From Alphaproteobacteria bacterium (GTDB lineage: Bacteria; Pseudomonadota; Alphaproteobacteria; MPNO01; UBA2964), in contig WHUE01000010.1 in the NCBI GenBank assembly GCA_009377375.1, positions 2,591 through 66,590 on the forward strand: DNA of 64,000 nucleotides, read 5' to 3'. A model generated the notes under the pieces. The model made no database searches, was not told the origin of the DNA, and saw only the letters and a program-made list of their open reading frames with translations. A program made the translations under genes and the position numbers. Of this stretch, positions 48,929 through 59,139 are shown piece by piece (the stretch's first letter is position 1; the number at the start of each line of letters is the position of its first letter).

Positions 48929-50179
48929 TCAGCGGGACGCCGACCTGCCGGTGACCGTGACCTCGATGATGCGTCGCGTCGCGGTCTGCTCGATCAGAAT
49001 CTTACCGTCCTTCGTTGCGCGGATGTGGCGCGAGATGCCGGCATAGACGTTGCCGGACGGGATCGGCCAACTCTGGAACCTCTCCGTCTTCGGGTCGAAG
49101 CGAACCAGCGCGTCGGGGCGCATGCGCGACTCGTTGTACCAGATCACGTCGTCGACGATGACGATGGCGTAGGGGTGCGACTTCGGCCCGCTGGGCGAGT
49201 CCCACTCCTTCACCCCGCCGGTTTCCGGATTGAGCCGGCCGAGCCGGCCGCGGCCGGAGTTGACGTACCAGATCGTGCCGTCACTGGCGATGTCGAGCCG
49301 CCGCACGGTCGTCTTCTTATGCGGCAGCTCGAACGGCTTCACCGCCATCGTCTCCGCGTCGACGCGGAGCACGCAGTTGCTGCCGTTGCAGGCCGCCCAG
49401 AGCGCGCCCTTGCTGTCTTCCTTGATGCCGTAGGGTCTGGACTTCGCGCGGGGAGAGGTTGCCAGCTTCACCTCGCCCGTCTTCGGGTCCAGCCGCCCGA
49501 TCATGTTGCTGTGCTGCAGCGTGAACCATGCGATGCCGTTGCGGGCGAAGATCAGCGTGTGCGGGTCCTTCGCCTTGGGGTCCGGCATCCTGTATTCGGT
49601 AATCTTTCCGGTTTTCGGATCGAGCTTTCCGATCGTCGCGTTCTTGTTGCCGGTGTACCAGATGTTGCCCTCGGCGTCGGGCGTCACGGTGTGCGGCTTT
49701 GCGTTGTCGGGCAGCGGGTACTCCTTCATCGCCCCGGTCGCCGGATCGATGCGGCCGATCAGGTTGCCCCACTGGCCGGCCCACCAGATGGCGCCGTCCG
49801 GCGCCTCCACCGGATCGCGAGAGCGCTGGCCGGGCGTCGGCGTCACCCATTCGCGCATCGAGATCGAAACCGGGCCGGGCACCAGCTTCGGCGCGATCCT
49901 CGTGTGCGGCGGGAAGTGTTCCGCCAGGTAAGCGGCGATCTGCTCCTGCTCGGGGGCGCCCTGGAGGTCGACCATGGTGCCGATCAGCTCCTGCCAGTGC
50001 GCCTTCGTGTAGCCGGAGGAGCGCTCGATCAGGTTGGTCTGATGGCAGGAGACGCACATCGCCTCGACCAGCGCCTTGCCCTCTCCGTCGGGCAGGGTCG
50101 CCTTCTGCCCCTGTGCCAGGGCGGGAACCGCCAGGCAGCACAAAAGCCCCGCCAACGATGAAATCGACAGTGTCGCCAT
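48929..50179 (-). CDS. fusion of a mono-heme c-type cytochrome domain to a Vgb/SMP-30-like beta-propeller
   Basis: Signal peptide, CVSCH heme motif within the first 50 residues, then repeated NIW/AIWW/GTIWY propeller blades; 416 aa. Confidence 0.75.
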   Translation of the reverse strand: MATLSISSLAGLLCCLAVPALAQGQKATLPDGEGKALVEAMCVSCHQTNLIERSSGYTKAHWQELIGTMVDLQGAPEQEQIAAYLAEHFPPHTRIAPKLVPGPVSISMREWVTPTPGQRSRDPVEAPDGAIWWAGQWGNLIGRIDPATGAMKEYPLPDNAKPHTVTPDAEGNIWYTGNKNATIGKLDPKTGKITEYRMPDPKAKDPHTLIFARNGIAWFTLQHSNMIGRLDPKTGEVKLATSPRAKSRPYGIKEDSKGALWAACNGSNCVLRVDAETMAVKPFELPHKKTTVRRLDIASDGTIWYVNSGRGRLGRLNPETGGVKEWDSPSGPKSHPYAIVIVDDVIWYNESRMRPDALVRFDPKTERFQSWPIPSGNVYAGISRHIRATKDGKILIEQTATRRIIEVTVTGRSASR

Positions 50180-50280
50180 GGCAGCCTCCCCGGCTCGCGC
50201 ATCGATGCAATGTGGAGACGAATACTGTCCTGCCGCCTCCGAGGGCGGTCAAGCGGATTCGGCTGCGGGCGGCTGCGGGG

Positions 50281-51273
50281 TTACGCCCTGCGCGCGCTGC
50301 CGATGCTGATGCAGGCGATGCCGCCCAGGATCAGCACGATCCCGCCTCCGAGGCTGAGCGTCAGCGGCTCGTCGAGGAAGGCGACGGACAGGACGAGTGC
50401 CAGCGCCGGCCCGCCCAGCAGCCCGGTGGAGACGGTGACGGCGGGCAGGTTCCGCATGGCGGATTGCGCCGACCACAGCGCGATGCCGGTGCCGATCAGC
50501 CCGCCATAGGCGACCAGCAGCCACAGCGCGGGTCCCGGCGTCGCGTCCGGCGCGCCCTCGAAGATCAGGGCGAAGGGCAAGGCGACCAGCGTCGCCACGG
50601 TGAGCTGCCACGGCGAAAGCTGCACCGGGCTGAGCGTGGCGCGGTGCACCCGCATGTGCAGGATGGCGAAGGACCAGGAGAACGCCGCCAGCAGGCAGAG
50701 CCCGTTGCCGAGCAGTACGTCGGGATCGCTCCAGTCCAGCGCCTGGGGGTTGAACAGCACCAGCAGGCCCGACAGCCCGAGCGCCAGCCCGACCGCCTTC
50801 AGCCGGGTCATCTTCTCGTGCAGGACCAGCGTCGCCATCGGGGTGACCCAGAGCGGGGTCGAATAGGCCAGCAGCGCGCCGCGTCCCGCCGGCACGTACT
50901 GCACCGCCACATGGACGATGGAGACGTAGAGCCCCATCATGAACACGCCGACGCTGAGGATCGCGGTCACGTCGGCGCGGCGCGGCAGCCGCAGCCGTCC
51001 GGTCGCCGCCGTCACCGCGAACAGGAACAGCGCGCCGATCCCCAGCCGGGTGACGGCGAACCAGAACGGCTCCATCAGCTCCACGGTCAGGCGCATCACC
51101 GGCCACAGCCCGCCATAGGCGACGACGGCCACCGCCAGCCAGGCGAGGCCCGTGCGGTGCGCGACCGTGGCGCCCAGCGGCGGGTTCGGCGTGGAGGAGG
51201 AAGGCGCGGTCACGGGCGGCAGCCGGTCTGTCTGCGGGGCGCGGACCCTAGCACAGCCTCGCGGGCCAGCCAT
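50281..51273 (-). CDS. DMT-superfamily (EamA-like) transporter
   Basis: 10 TM helices in two EamA repeats; the N-terminal 20-25 codons are uncertain, and GTG at 51213 is an alternative start. Confidence 0.75.
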   Translation of the reverse strand: MAGPRGCARVRAPQTDRLPPVTAPSSSTPNPPLGATVAHRTGLAWLAVAVVAYGGLWPVMRLTVELMEPFWFAVTRLGIGALFLFAVTAATGRLRLPRRADVTAILSVGVFMMGLYVSIVHVAVQYVPAGRGALLAYSTPLWVTPMATLVLHEKMTRLKAVGLALGLSGLLVLFNPQALDWSDPDVLLGNGLCLLAAFSWSFAILHMRVHRATLSPVQLSPWQLTVATLVALPFALIFEGAPDATPGPALWLLVAYGGLIGTGIALWSAQSAMRNLPAVTVSTGLLGGPALALVLSVAFLDEPLTLSLGGGIVLILGGIACISIGSARRA

Positions 51274-51366
51274 TCGTCAATTCGTCGCGGTGGCAGGGTG
51301 GCGGCGTTTGTGCGTCATGCTATGGTCGCCGGAAACCGGGGTGAACAGGCGCATGGAGGCGCTGCC

Positions 51367-52065
51367 ATGTCACAGACCATCCAGATCGACGTCGGCGGCG
51401 ACGCCATGGACCTCTACGTGGCCGGCCCCGACTCCGCCGGGCCGCACCCGGCGGTGCTGGTCTGCTTTCACCGTGGCGGGATGGACGCCTTCACGCGCGA
51501 GCGCGTGGATCTGCTGGCGGAGGCGGGCTACGTCGCCGCGGCGCCGGATTTCTATCATCGCCGCAAGTGCGAGGACTCGGAAGAGGCGGTGCAGCACCGC
51601 AGGGACGACGACGTTATCGCCGATATCGCGGCAGCGGTGGGCTGGCTGCAGGCGCAGGACCGGGTCGATGACGGGCGCATCGCGATCATGGGCCACTGCA
51701 TGGGCGGGCGCGTCGCGTTCCTGGGCGCCTGCGCGCTGCCGGATGCCTTCGCGGGCGTCGTGACCTATTACGGCGGCGGCATGTTCAGCGCCTGGGGCGA
51801 GGGCGGGCCGACGGCGTTCGAGCGGCTGCCGGCGCTGCGCTGCCCGGTGGTCGGGTTCTACGGCAACGACGACACCAACCCGTCGCCCGAGCAGGTCGAC
51901 AGGATCCGCGCCGAACTCAAGCGGCTCGGAATCCCCTACGAGGTGCATCGCTACGACGGCACGGGCCACGCCTTCCAGGGCGCGCAGTCACCCGAGAAGT
52001 ATCGCGAGGGCCCGGCGAAGGAAAGCTGGGTGCGCACCGTCGCATGGCTCGGAGAAACCGTCTGA
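51367..52065 (+). CDS. dienelactone hydrolase family protein
   Basis: 232 aa with a GHCMGG nucleophile elbow; the rest of ORF 49699..52065 is an antisense artefact. Confidence 0.85.
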   Translation: MSQTIQIDVGGDAMDLYVAGPDSAGPHPAVLVCFHRGGMDAFTRERVDLLAEAGYVAAAPDFYHRRKCEDSEEAVQHRRDDDVIADIAAAVGWLQAQDRVDDGRIAIMGHCMGGRVAFLGACALPDAFAGVVTYYGGGMFSAWGEGGPTAFERLPALRCPVVGFYGNDDTNPSPEQVDRIRAELKRLGIPYEVHRYDGTGHAFQGAQSPEKYREGPAKESWVRTVAWLGETV

Positions 52066-52102
52066 ACCGGCAGTGAAAAGCAACGCGGAAGAGGAGCAGC
52101 GC

Positions 52103-52393
52103 ATGGCCGCCTATTTCATCGTGGACCAGCTGGAGGTGACCGATCCGGAGACCATGAAGGTCTATGCAGCCGGCGTGGCCGACAGCCTCAGGGCCCATAA
52201 CGGCCGCATGCTGGTGCGCGGCGGCGCGTTCGAGGTGAAGGAGGGAGACTGGACGCCGAAGCGCGTCATCGTCCTCGAGTTCGATGACATGGATGCGCTG
52301 AAGGGCTGGTACGACGGCAAGGCTTATGAGGAGCTGAAGAAGCTGCGCCTGGCCAGCTCCCGCTCCAATGCGATCATGGTCGAGGGCGTCTGA
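52103..52393 (+). CDS. DUF1330 domain protein
   Basis: 96 aa (MAAYFIVDQLEVTDPETMKVY...); start taken at codon 11 of ORF 52073..52393. Confidence 0.7.
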   Translation: MAAYFIVDQLEVTDPETMKVYAAGVADSLRAHNGRMLVRGGAFEVKEGDWTPKRVIVLEFDDMDALKGWYDGKAYEELKKLRLASSRSNAIMVEGV

Positions 52394-52739
52394 ACGCGGC
52401 GTTCCGACCCGGCACGACATGAAAGCGGCGGCCCGATGGCCGCCGCTCTCCGTTCCGCTCCCAAACTGTCTAAAGCGGCATTCCGACCGCGGCAAATGCC
52501 GCGCCGGCGGGCAGGATAAGCGCGGCGAGCCCCGCCGCGATCAGCCAGTGCCGCAGTTGCCGAACGGCCCGCGATTCCGTGCGGTGGAGTGTCATCGTCA
52601 TCCCCTGTTCCCGATTGTCGCCTGTCGGGAGCAGAGGTATGCAAGGACCGTGCCAATCGACAGAACCACGTTATTTCAAAGATTTGCGGGTATGGTTAAC
52701 ATCGCACTGTAAAATCCTTCGACAGTGACCGGCAGGGTG

Positions 52740-53939
52740 TCAGCGCGCTGTCCGCCCTCCGGCCATCAGGACCGCGCCGGCGGCGGACCCGGCGGCCATC
52801 ACGGCAAAGGCCCAGCCCCAGCCCTGCGGCGAGGCGATGCCCCCGGCGAGGTCCAGCGTGACGCCGACCGCCAGCGGCCCGGCGACGCCGCCGAGGAATC
52901 CGACCGCGGCATGCACCGCCATGGTGGCGCCGCGCAGCTGCGGGTCGGCCAGTGCGACCGTGCCGGCGGTGACGGCCCCGGTGTCGCCGTAACACGTCAT
53001 GCCAAACAGCACGGCGAGCGCGACCACCATCCAGAGCGGCCATCCGCTGGCGAGTCCCAGCATCACGCCTGCGGCGACGGAGGCCACCATGAGGGCGATC
53101 GTCGCGCGGCGGCGGTTGCGCCGCGCCGCCAGCTCGCCGAAGGCCATGCTCGCCGGCACTCCGGCCAGCGCCACCAGCATGGCGACGGCGACGGGCGAGA
53201 CGAAGAAGCGCGCGCCCTGTTGCGCCTCGACGAAGACGAGGAAGGTGACCAGCCAGACGCGGTAGGCGAACACCTCCCATGTATGGGTGAAGTAGACCAG
53301 GACGTTGCGCATGGCCGCTCCGTTGCGCAGGACCGGGCGAAAATCCAGCAGGTGGCGCGGGCCGGTCCCCGTGGAGGCGCGCCCGGCGGGCAGCACGGCC
53401 CAGCCCAGCGCCAGCCCCGCCAGGTGCCCGGCGCCGGCGAGGCCGAACGCCCAGCGCCAGTTCAGCCATTCGGCCGCCGCGCCGCCGACCCAGATCGACA
53501 GCGCGGTGCCGAGCGCGAAGATGGAGGTGTAGTAGCTGGTCGCCCGGCTGCGCTGCGGCTCCTCGAGCCGGTCGGCCAGGCAGCGCAGCCCGGGCATGTA
53601 GGTCCCGGCGACCCCGACGCCGGTCAGCAGCCGGAAGGCGATGCCCGACCACAGCCCGTCCGCCAGTGCGGCGAAGCCCAACGAGGCGACGGCGCCGACC
53701 AGCGCGCCGGCGATGAAGATGCGTTTGGGTGCGATGCGGTCGGTCAGGGCCATCACCACCGGCACGGCGACGACGTATCCGGCGAAGAAGCTGCCGCCGA
53801 GCCAGCCGGCCTCGGTGCTGGAGAGCGACCACGCCGCGATCAGCTCCGGCAGCACCGCCGCCACCGTCATGAAGGCGAGCAGGTTGAGCACCAGCGTGGC
53901 GCAGGAAAGCGAGACGAGCGCGGCGAACGGCATCGGCAT
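52740..53939 (-). CDS. MFS transporter
   Basis: 12 TM helices; start taken at MPMPFAALVSL; the upstream 34 codons of ORF 52740..54041 are Arg/Pro-rich. Confidence 0.8.
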   Translation of the reverse strand: MPMPFAALVSLSCATLVLNLLAFMTVAAVLPELIAAWSLSSTEAGWLGGSFFAGYVVAVPVVMALTDRIAPKRIFIAGALVGAVASLGFAALADGLWSGIAFRLLTGVGVAGTYMPGLRCLADRLEEPQRSRATSYYTSIFALGTALSIWVGGAAAEWLNWRWAFGLAGAGHLAGLALGWAVLPAGRASTGTGPRHLLDFRPVLRNGAAMRNVLVYFTHTWEVFAYRVWLVTFLVFVEAQQGARFFVSPVAVAMLVALAGVPASMAFGELAARRNRRRATIALMVASVAAGVMLGLASGWPLWMVVALAVLFGMTCYGDTGAVTAGTVALADPQLRGATMAVHAAVGFLGGVAGPLAVGVTLDLAGGIASPQGWGWAFAVMAAGSAAGAVLMAGGRTAR

Positions 53940-54081
53940 CCAATAGGCGATGGCGGCACCCCCGTCCAGCGGGGCGGGACACGGCGTCGCGGGGGGTCGC
54001 ATTCGCCGTTGCGATACGCTAAACCATCCTCGCCGCGCCACTGCGCGGCGCCTCGATCAAACCCGCGCAAACATCACCGGC

Positions 54082-55002
54082 ATGACATTCCAGATTCCCG
54101 AACCACGTGCGACCTACGACCTGACCATGGGCGACGGCGCCGCCATCCGCGTGCGCCGTCACGGCAATGCGAACGCGAAGGCGCGTATCTTCCTCGGCAA
54201 CGGCAACGGCTTCGCCGCCGACGGCTACTTCCCGTTCTGGGGGCCGCTCTGCGAGACCTTCGACATGGTCGTCTTCGATTTCCGCAACCACGGCTGGAAC
54301 CCGCCGGCGGAATCGGGGGCGGACGGCCACACCTACGCCCAGATGACGCTGGACCTCGACCGCGTCCTGCGCGAGGTGCGGAGGCGCGACGGCGAGAAGA
54401 CCGATATCGGCATCTTCCATTCGATGTCTTCGCGCACCGCGATGAAGCATGCCATCGAGCTCGGCTTCAAATGGTCGGCCCTGTTCCTGTTCGACCCGCC
54501 CAACGTGCCACCGAAGGGGCATCGCGAATACGAGCGCATGGACTTCTTCGAGCATCGGCTGGCCGAATGGGCGAAGGCGCGGCAGGAGCGCTTCGGCGAT
54601 CCCTCCGAGCTGGCGGCGCACTACAGGGAAGCGCGGGCGCATTCGACCTGGGTCGAGGGCGCGCACGAGCTGATGGCCCGCGCCGTGCTGCGAGAGGCGG
54701 CGGACGGCGGCTGGGAGCTGGCCTGCCCGCGCGAATACGAGGCATCGATCTATCTGCAGGCGATGACGCTCTGCCTGTGGCCGCCCTATGACGCGTTCGG
54801 CGGACCGATGAAGCTGATCGGCGCCGATCCCGACGCCAGGGGCGCGCCGGGCCCGGCCTTCGCCAACAGGGCGCTGGCGGAGGATTTCGGCTACGCCTAC
54901 GAGACCGTTCCGGGCACCGGCCATCTGCTCCAGATCCAGAAGCCGGAAGAATGCCGCCGCATCGTGTTCTCGTTTCTCGACGAGAACGGCATCGGCTATT
55001 AG
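54082..55002 (+). CDS. alpha/beta-fold hydrolase
   Basis: 306 aa from MTFQIPEP with a GIFHSMSSRTA nucleophile elbow and a C-terminal His. Confidence 0.8.
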   Translation: MTFQIPEPRATYDLTMGDGAAIRVRRHGNANAKARIFLGNGNGFAADGYFPFWGPLCETFDMVVFDFRNHGWNPPAESGADGHTYAQMTLDLDRVLREVRRRDGEKTDIGIFHSMSSRTAMKHAIELGFKWSALFLFDPPNVPPKGHREYERMDFFEHRLAEWAKARQERFGDPSELAAHYREARAHSTWVEGAHELMARAVLREAADGGWELACPREYEASIYLQAMTLCLWPPYDAFGGPMKLIGADPDARGAPGPAFANRALAEDFGYAYETVPGTGHLLQIQKPEECRRIVFSFLDENGIGY

Positions 55003-55036
55003 CCTTCGGGGCAGTTGGTGACCGAGGAGAAGAGAC

Positions 55037-58015
55037 GTGGCTGATACGGCGACGGTTGAGAAGTTCACCGGCCAGTCCGTGGAACGGATGGAGGACGCCC
55101 GGCTGCTGACCGGGCGCGCGCGGTTCGCGGATCATTACCCCGTGCCGACGGGCACGCTGCATGCGGCGATCCTGCGCAGCCCGCACGCCCATGCCGAGAT
55201 CGTTTCCATCGACGTATCGTCGGCTCTGGCGCAGCCGGGCGTGACGGCGGTGCTGACCGGCGAGGACGTCAGGGCGCTGTCCGATCCCTATATCGTCATC
55301 GTCAAGCAGCCGCTGGACGAGTGGTCGCTGGCGGTGGACCGGGTGCGCTATGTCGGCCAGCCGGTCGCGCTGGTCCTCGCCTCCGACCGCTATCGGGCCG
55401 AGGACGCGCTGACGCATATCGACGTCGCCTACCGCACCCTGCCGCCCGCCATCGATCCCGAAAAGGCCGCCGCGGACGGCGCGCCGCTGGTGCATCCCGC
55501 CGCGGGCACCAACCAGGTCTCGGTGCGCGAGTTCTCCTACGGCGATCCCGACGGCGCCTTCGCCGAGGCCGACCGGACGGTGAAGCTGAAGATCGAATAC
55601 CCGCGCAACTCGCTGACCCCGATCGAGGGCTTCGTCGTGCTGTCCGAATATCTGCGCGACGACGGCATGTTCGACGTGTTCTCGAACTTCCAGGGCCCCT
55701 ATACCGGCCATCCGGTGATGGCGCGGGCGCTGCGCGTGCCGGAATCGAACCTGCGGCTGCGCACCCCGGCCAATTCGGGCGGCAGCTTCGGGGTCAAGCA
55801 GTCGCTGATGCCCTATATCGTGCTGATGAGCGTGGCGGCGCGCAAGGTGGGGCGGCCGGTGAAATGGGTCGAGGACCGCTTCGAGCACCTGACCGCCGCG
55901 AACTCCGCGCCCAACCGCGTCGTCACCATCGAGGCGGCGGTGAAGGGCGCGGGCAGGATCACGGCGCTGCGCATCGACCAGCTCGACGATTACGGCGCGT
56001 TCCTGCGCACGCCGATGCCGGGGCCGCTCTACCGCATGCACGGCACGCTGACCGGCGCGTACGACATCCATAACCTCGCCGTCACCAACCGGCTGGTGCT
56101 GACCAACAAGACGCCGGTGGGGCTGGTGCGCGGCTTCGGCGGGCCGCAGATGTATTACGGCATCGAGCGGCTGATGCACCGCGTCGCCGTCGAATGCGGG
56201 CTCGACCCGCTGGACGTGATCCGGACCAACCTGATTCCCGCGGGCTCGTTTCCCTACAAGGCGGCTGCCGGCGCACTCTACGATTCCGGCGACTACCAGA
56301 CGGCGATCGAAAGCGCGGTGCGCGACGGCAAGCTCGACGAGCTGCTGAAGCGCCGCGAGCAGGCCCGCGCCGAAGGCCGGCTCTACGGCATCGGCTTTGC
56401 GGCGGTGGTCGAGCCGGGCATGTCGAACATGGGCTATCTCTCGACCATCACCCCGGCGGAGGAACGCGCGAAGCGGGGCCCGCAGGACGGCGCGGTGTCG
56501 ATGGCCACGGTGAATGTCGATCCCACCGGATCGGTGGTGGTCAGCAGCGACACCACCCCGCAGGGGCAGGGCCACGCCACGGTGATGGCGCAGCTCGTCG
56601 CCGACCAGCTCGGGCTGCGCCCGGAGCAGATCCGGGTGAACACCGAGCACGACACGCAGAAGGATCCGTGGTCGATCGCCGCCGGCACCTATTCCTGCCG
56701 GTTCTCGCCGGGCACGGCGGTGGCGACCCAGATGGCGGCGAAGAAGGTGCGCGACAAGCTGGCGCGCATCGCCGCATCCCGGCTGAACGTCACAGCCGAC
56801 CAGGTGGAGTTCGGCGGCGGGCGCATCTTCGACCGAGAGAACCCGGACAACGCGCTGAGCTTCGCCCGCATAGCCGGCGGCACGCACTGGTCGCCGAGTC
56901 TGCTCCCCGACGGCATGGAAGGGGGCCTCCGCGAATCCGCGACCTGGGCGCCGCCCGAACTGGCGCCGCCGGATGCCGACGACCGGGTCAACACCTCGCT
57001 GACCTACGGCTTCGTGTTCGATTTCTGCGGCGTCGAGATCGACCGCGAGACGGGCGAGATCGACATCGACCGCTACGTCACCATGCACGACGCCGGCACG
57101 CGGATGAACCCGATGATCCTCGACGGCCAGACCTTCGGGGCGTTCGGCCAGGCCATCGGCGCGGCGATGTACGAGGCGTTCGAATACGGCGAGGACGGCA
57201 GCTTCCTCACCGGCACCTTCGCCGACTACCTGGTGCCGACCTCCTGGGAGGTGCCGACGCCGATACTGCTGCACATGGAGACGCCGTCGCCCTTCACCCC
57301 GCTCGGCGCCAAGGGCGGGGCCGAGGGCAACAGCATGTCCACCCCCGTCTGTATCGCCAATGCGGTGTGCGACGCGCTGGGGGTGGAGAACGTGAACCTG
57401 CCGCTGTTCCCGTCGCGCATCGCCGCGCTGATCCACGGCGAGGAAAGGCCGCGCCCTGCGGGGTCGAAGGCGACGGCAGCCGAGGCCGCGCCCGCCGCGT
57501 CCGGCGGTCATGCGCTCAAAGGCGCGGGCGATACCTTCGTGCCGGCGTCGCCGCAGGCGGTCTGGGACACGCTGCTCGACCCCGAGAAGCTCGCCGCCGT
57601 CATTCCCGGTTGCCGCAAGCTGGACCTGGTGGCGGAGAACCAGTACCGGGCCGAGGTGCGGCTCGGCGTCGGACCCGTACGCGGGGTGTTCGTGGCCGAG
57701 GTGGGGCTCAGCGACATGGACCCGCCGAAGGCGGCGACGCTGTCGGGAGGGCTGTCCGGCCCGCTGGGCTCGTCGCGTGGTTCCGGCCGGGTGACGCTGG
57801 CGGCGGAAGGCGACGGGACGCGGGTGACCTACAACTACACGGTCGAGATCGGCGGCAAGGTCGCGGCCGTCGGCGGGCGCATGATCGAAGGCGCGGCACG
57901 CGTCGTCGTCGGCCAGTTCTTCTCGCGCCTCGCGGCCCAGGTTTCGGGCGGCGCGCCGGGCGCGGCGCGCGGCGGCTGGTGGAACCGGCTGCTCGCCGCT
58001 TTGGGCTTGCGCTGA
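55037..58015 (+). CDS. molybdopterin-binding subunit of the xanthine dehydrogenase family fused to a C-terminal CoxG (SRPBCC) domain
   Basis: Residues 1 to about 780 are aldehyde-oxidase/XDH-type (LVRGFGGPQMYYG). After an Ala/Pro-rich linker the last 150 aa match CoxG (FVPASPQAVWDTLLDPEKLAAVIPGCRKLDL...GRVTLAAEGDGTRVTYNYTVEIGGKVAAVGGRMIEGAARVVVGQFF). No adjacent S or M subunit genes. Confidence 0.85.
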   Translation: MADTATVEKFTGQSVERMEDARLLTGRARFADHYPVPTGTLHAAILRSPHAHAEIVSIDVSSALAQPGVTAVLTGEDVRALSDPYIVIVKQPLDEWSLAVDRVRYVGQPVALVLASDRYRAEDALTHIDVAYRTLPPAIDPEKAAADGAPLVHPAAGTNQVSVREFSYGDPDGAFAEADRTVKLKIEYPRNSLTPIEGFVVLSEYLRDDGMFDVFSNFQGPYTGHPVMARALRVPESNLRLRTPANSGGSFGVKQSLMPYIVLMSVAARKVGRPVKWVEDRFEHLTAANSAPNRVVTIEAAVKGAGRITALRIDQLDDYGAFLRTPMPGPLYRMHGTLTGAYDIHNLAVTNRLVLTNKTPVGLVRGFGGPQMYYGIERLMHRVAVECGLDPLDVIRTNLIPAGSFPYKAAAGALYDSGDYQTAIESAVRDGKLDELLKRREQARAEGRLYGIGFAAVVEPGMSNMGYLSTITPAEERAKRGPQDGAVSMATVNVDPTGSVVVSSDTTPQGQGHATVMAQLVADQLGLRPEQIRVNTEHDTQKDPWSIAAGTYSCRFSPGTAVATQMAAKKVRDKLARIAASRLNVTADQVEFGGGRIFDRENPDNALSFARIAGGTHWSPSLLPDGMEGGLRESATWAPPELAPPDADDRVNTSLTYGFVFDFCGVEIDRETGEIDIDRYVTMHDAGTRMNPMILDGQTFGAFGQAIGAAMYEAFEYGEDGSFLTGTFADYLVPTSWEVPTPILLHMETPSPFTPLGAKGGAEGNSMSTPVCIANAVCDALGVENVNLPLFPSRIAALIHGEERPRPAGSKATAAEAAPAASGGHALKGAGDTFVPASPQAVWDTLLDPEKLAAVIPGCRKLDLVAENQYRAEVRLGVGPVRGVFVAEVGLSDMDPPKAATLSGGLSGPLGSSRGSGRVTLAAEGDGTRVTYNYTVEIGGKVAAVGGRMIEGAARVVVGQFFSRLAAQVSGGAPGAARGGWWNRLLAALGLR

Positions 58016-58074
58016 CCCGCATTCGTGATGGACGATCCACCCGCCGCGCGCGGATGACGGCGGGAAGGACCGCG

Positions 58075-59064
58075 ATGCGCCCTTTCGTCCTGATCGTCGC
58101 ATCCGCCGTTCTCTCGGCGGCCGCCGCTGCCGGGGACGCTCCGCCGGGCGGCGGATTTTCCCTGCCGCTCCGCTGCGAGCCCGGCGTCGATTGCTGGGTG
58201 ATGAACTATCCCGACACCGACAAGGGCGCCGGCGCGAAGGACCATGCCTGCGGGCCGCGCAGCTACGATGGGCACAAGGGCACCGATTTCGCGATCCGTG
58301 ACATGGCGGCGATGCGCGCCGGGGTGCCGGTGACGGCGGCCGCGTCCGGGACCGTGCTGCGGGTCCGCGACGGGATTGCGGACCGGCTGATGCGGGACGA
58401 GGCTGACTCCGCTGCCGTGCAGGACCGGGATTGCGGGAACGGGCTCGTGATCGAGCACGGGGCGGGGTGGCAGAGCCAGTACTGCCACATGCGCAACGGC
58501 AGCCTTGCGGTAAAGCCGGGCGAGACGGTTGCGCGCGGTCAGGCACTCGGCCTCGTCGGGGCGTCGGGGCGGACGGAGTTTCCCCATGTCCACATCACGA
58601 TCCGCAAGGACGGGGAGGTGCGCGATCCCGCGACCGGGCGTCCGCTGGAGGCGCCCTGCGGGCCCGGCGGCGCGCCGCTCTGGGACGCCGGGGCCCGGCT
58701 GGCCTACCAGCCGTCGGCGATCTACGCCGCGGGATTCGCGGCCTGGCCGCCCTCCACCAGCGCGATCAAGGAGAACGCGGCCGGCTCCGCGTCGCTGCCG
58801 TCCGACTCCCGCGCGCTGGTGCTCTGGGCGACCCTCTTCGGCGTGCGCAAGGGCGACCGGCTCATGCTGGAGATCGTCGCCCCGGACGGCTCGGCGGTGA
58901 CGCGGAGCGAGGCGGTCGCGGCGCGCGACCAGTCATGGCGCCTGCAATACGGCGGCAGGAAGCTGCTGGCCCTGGAATGGCCCCCGGGAATTTACAACGG
59001 CCGCTTCCGCCTCCTGCGCCCCGGCCTCAACCTCGAAAGGCGGGTCACGCTCCGCATCGACTGA
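58075..59064 (+). CDS. M23-family metallopeptidase
   Basis: Signal peptide, HKGTDFA and FPHVHITIRKDG zinc-ligand motifs; 329 aa. Confidence 0.8.
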   Translation: MRPFVLIVASAVLSAAAAAGDAPPGGGFSLPLRCEPGVDCWVMNYPDTDKGAGAKDHACGPRSYDGHKGTDFAIRDMAAMRAGVPVTAAASGTVLRVRDGIADRLMRDEADSAAVQDRDCGNGLVIEHGAGWQSQYCHMRNGSLAVKPGETVARGQALGLVGASGRTEFPHVHITIRKDGEVRDPATGRPLEAPCGPGGAPLWDAGARLAYQPSAIYAAGFAAWPPSTSAIKENAAGSASLPSDSRALVLWATLFGVRKGDRLMLEIVAPDGSAVTRSEAVAARDQSWRLQYGGRKLLALEWPPGIYNGRFRLLRPGLNLERRVTLRID

Positions 59065-59139
59065 GTCCCCGTCCCCGGACATGGAAAGGGCGGCCCCGCC
59101 GGGCCGCCCCTGTCGTCCGCGCTTCGCCGCGCCGGCGGT

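Noticed and set aside
54467-58546. 1359-aa minus-strand ORF
   Set aside because: It is antisense to the CoxL-CoxG fusion gene and the M23 peptidase gene; extreme Arg/Pro/Ala composition and no homology.
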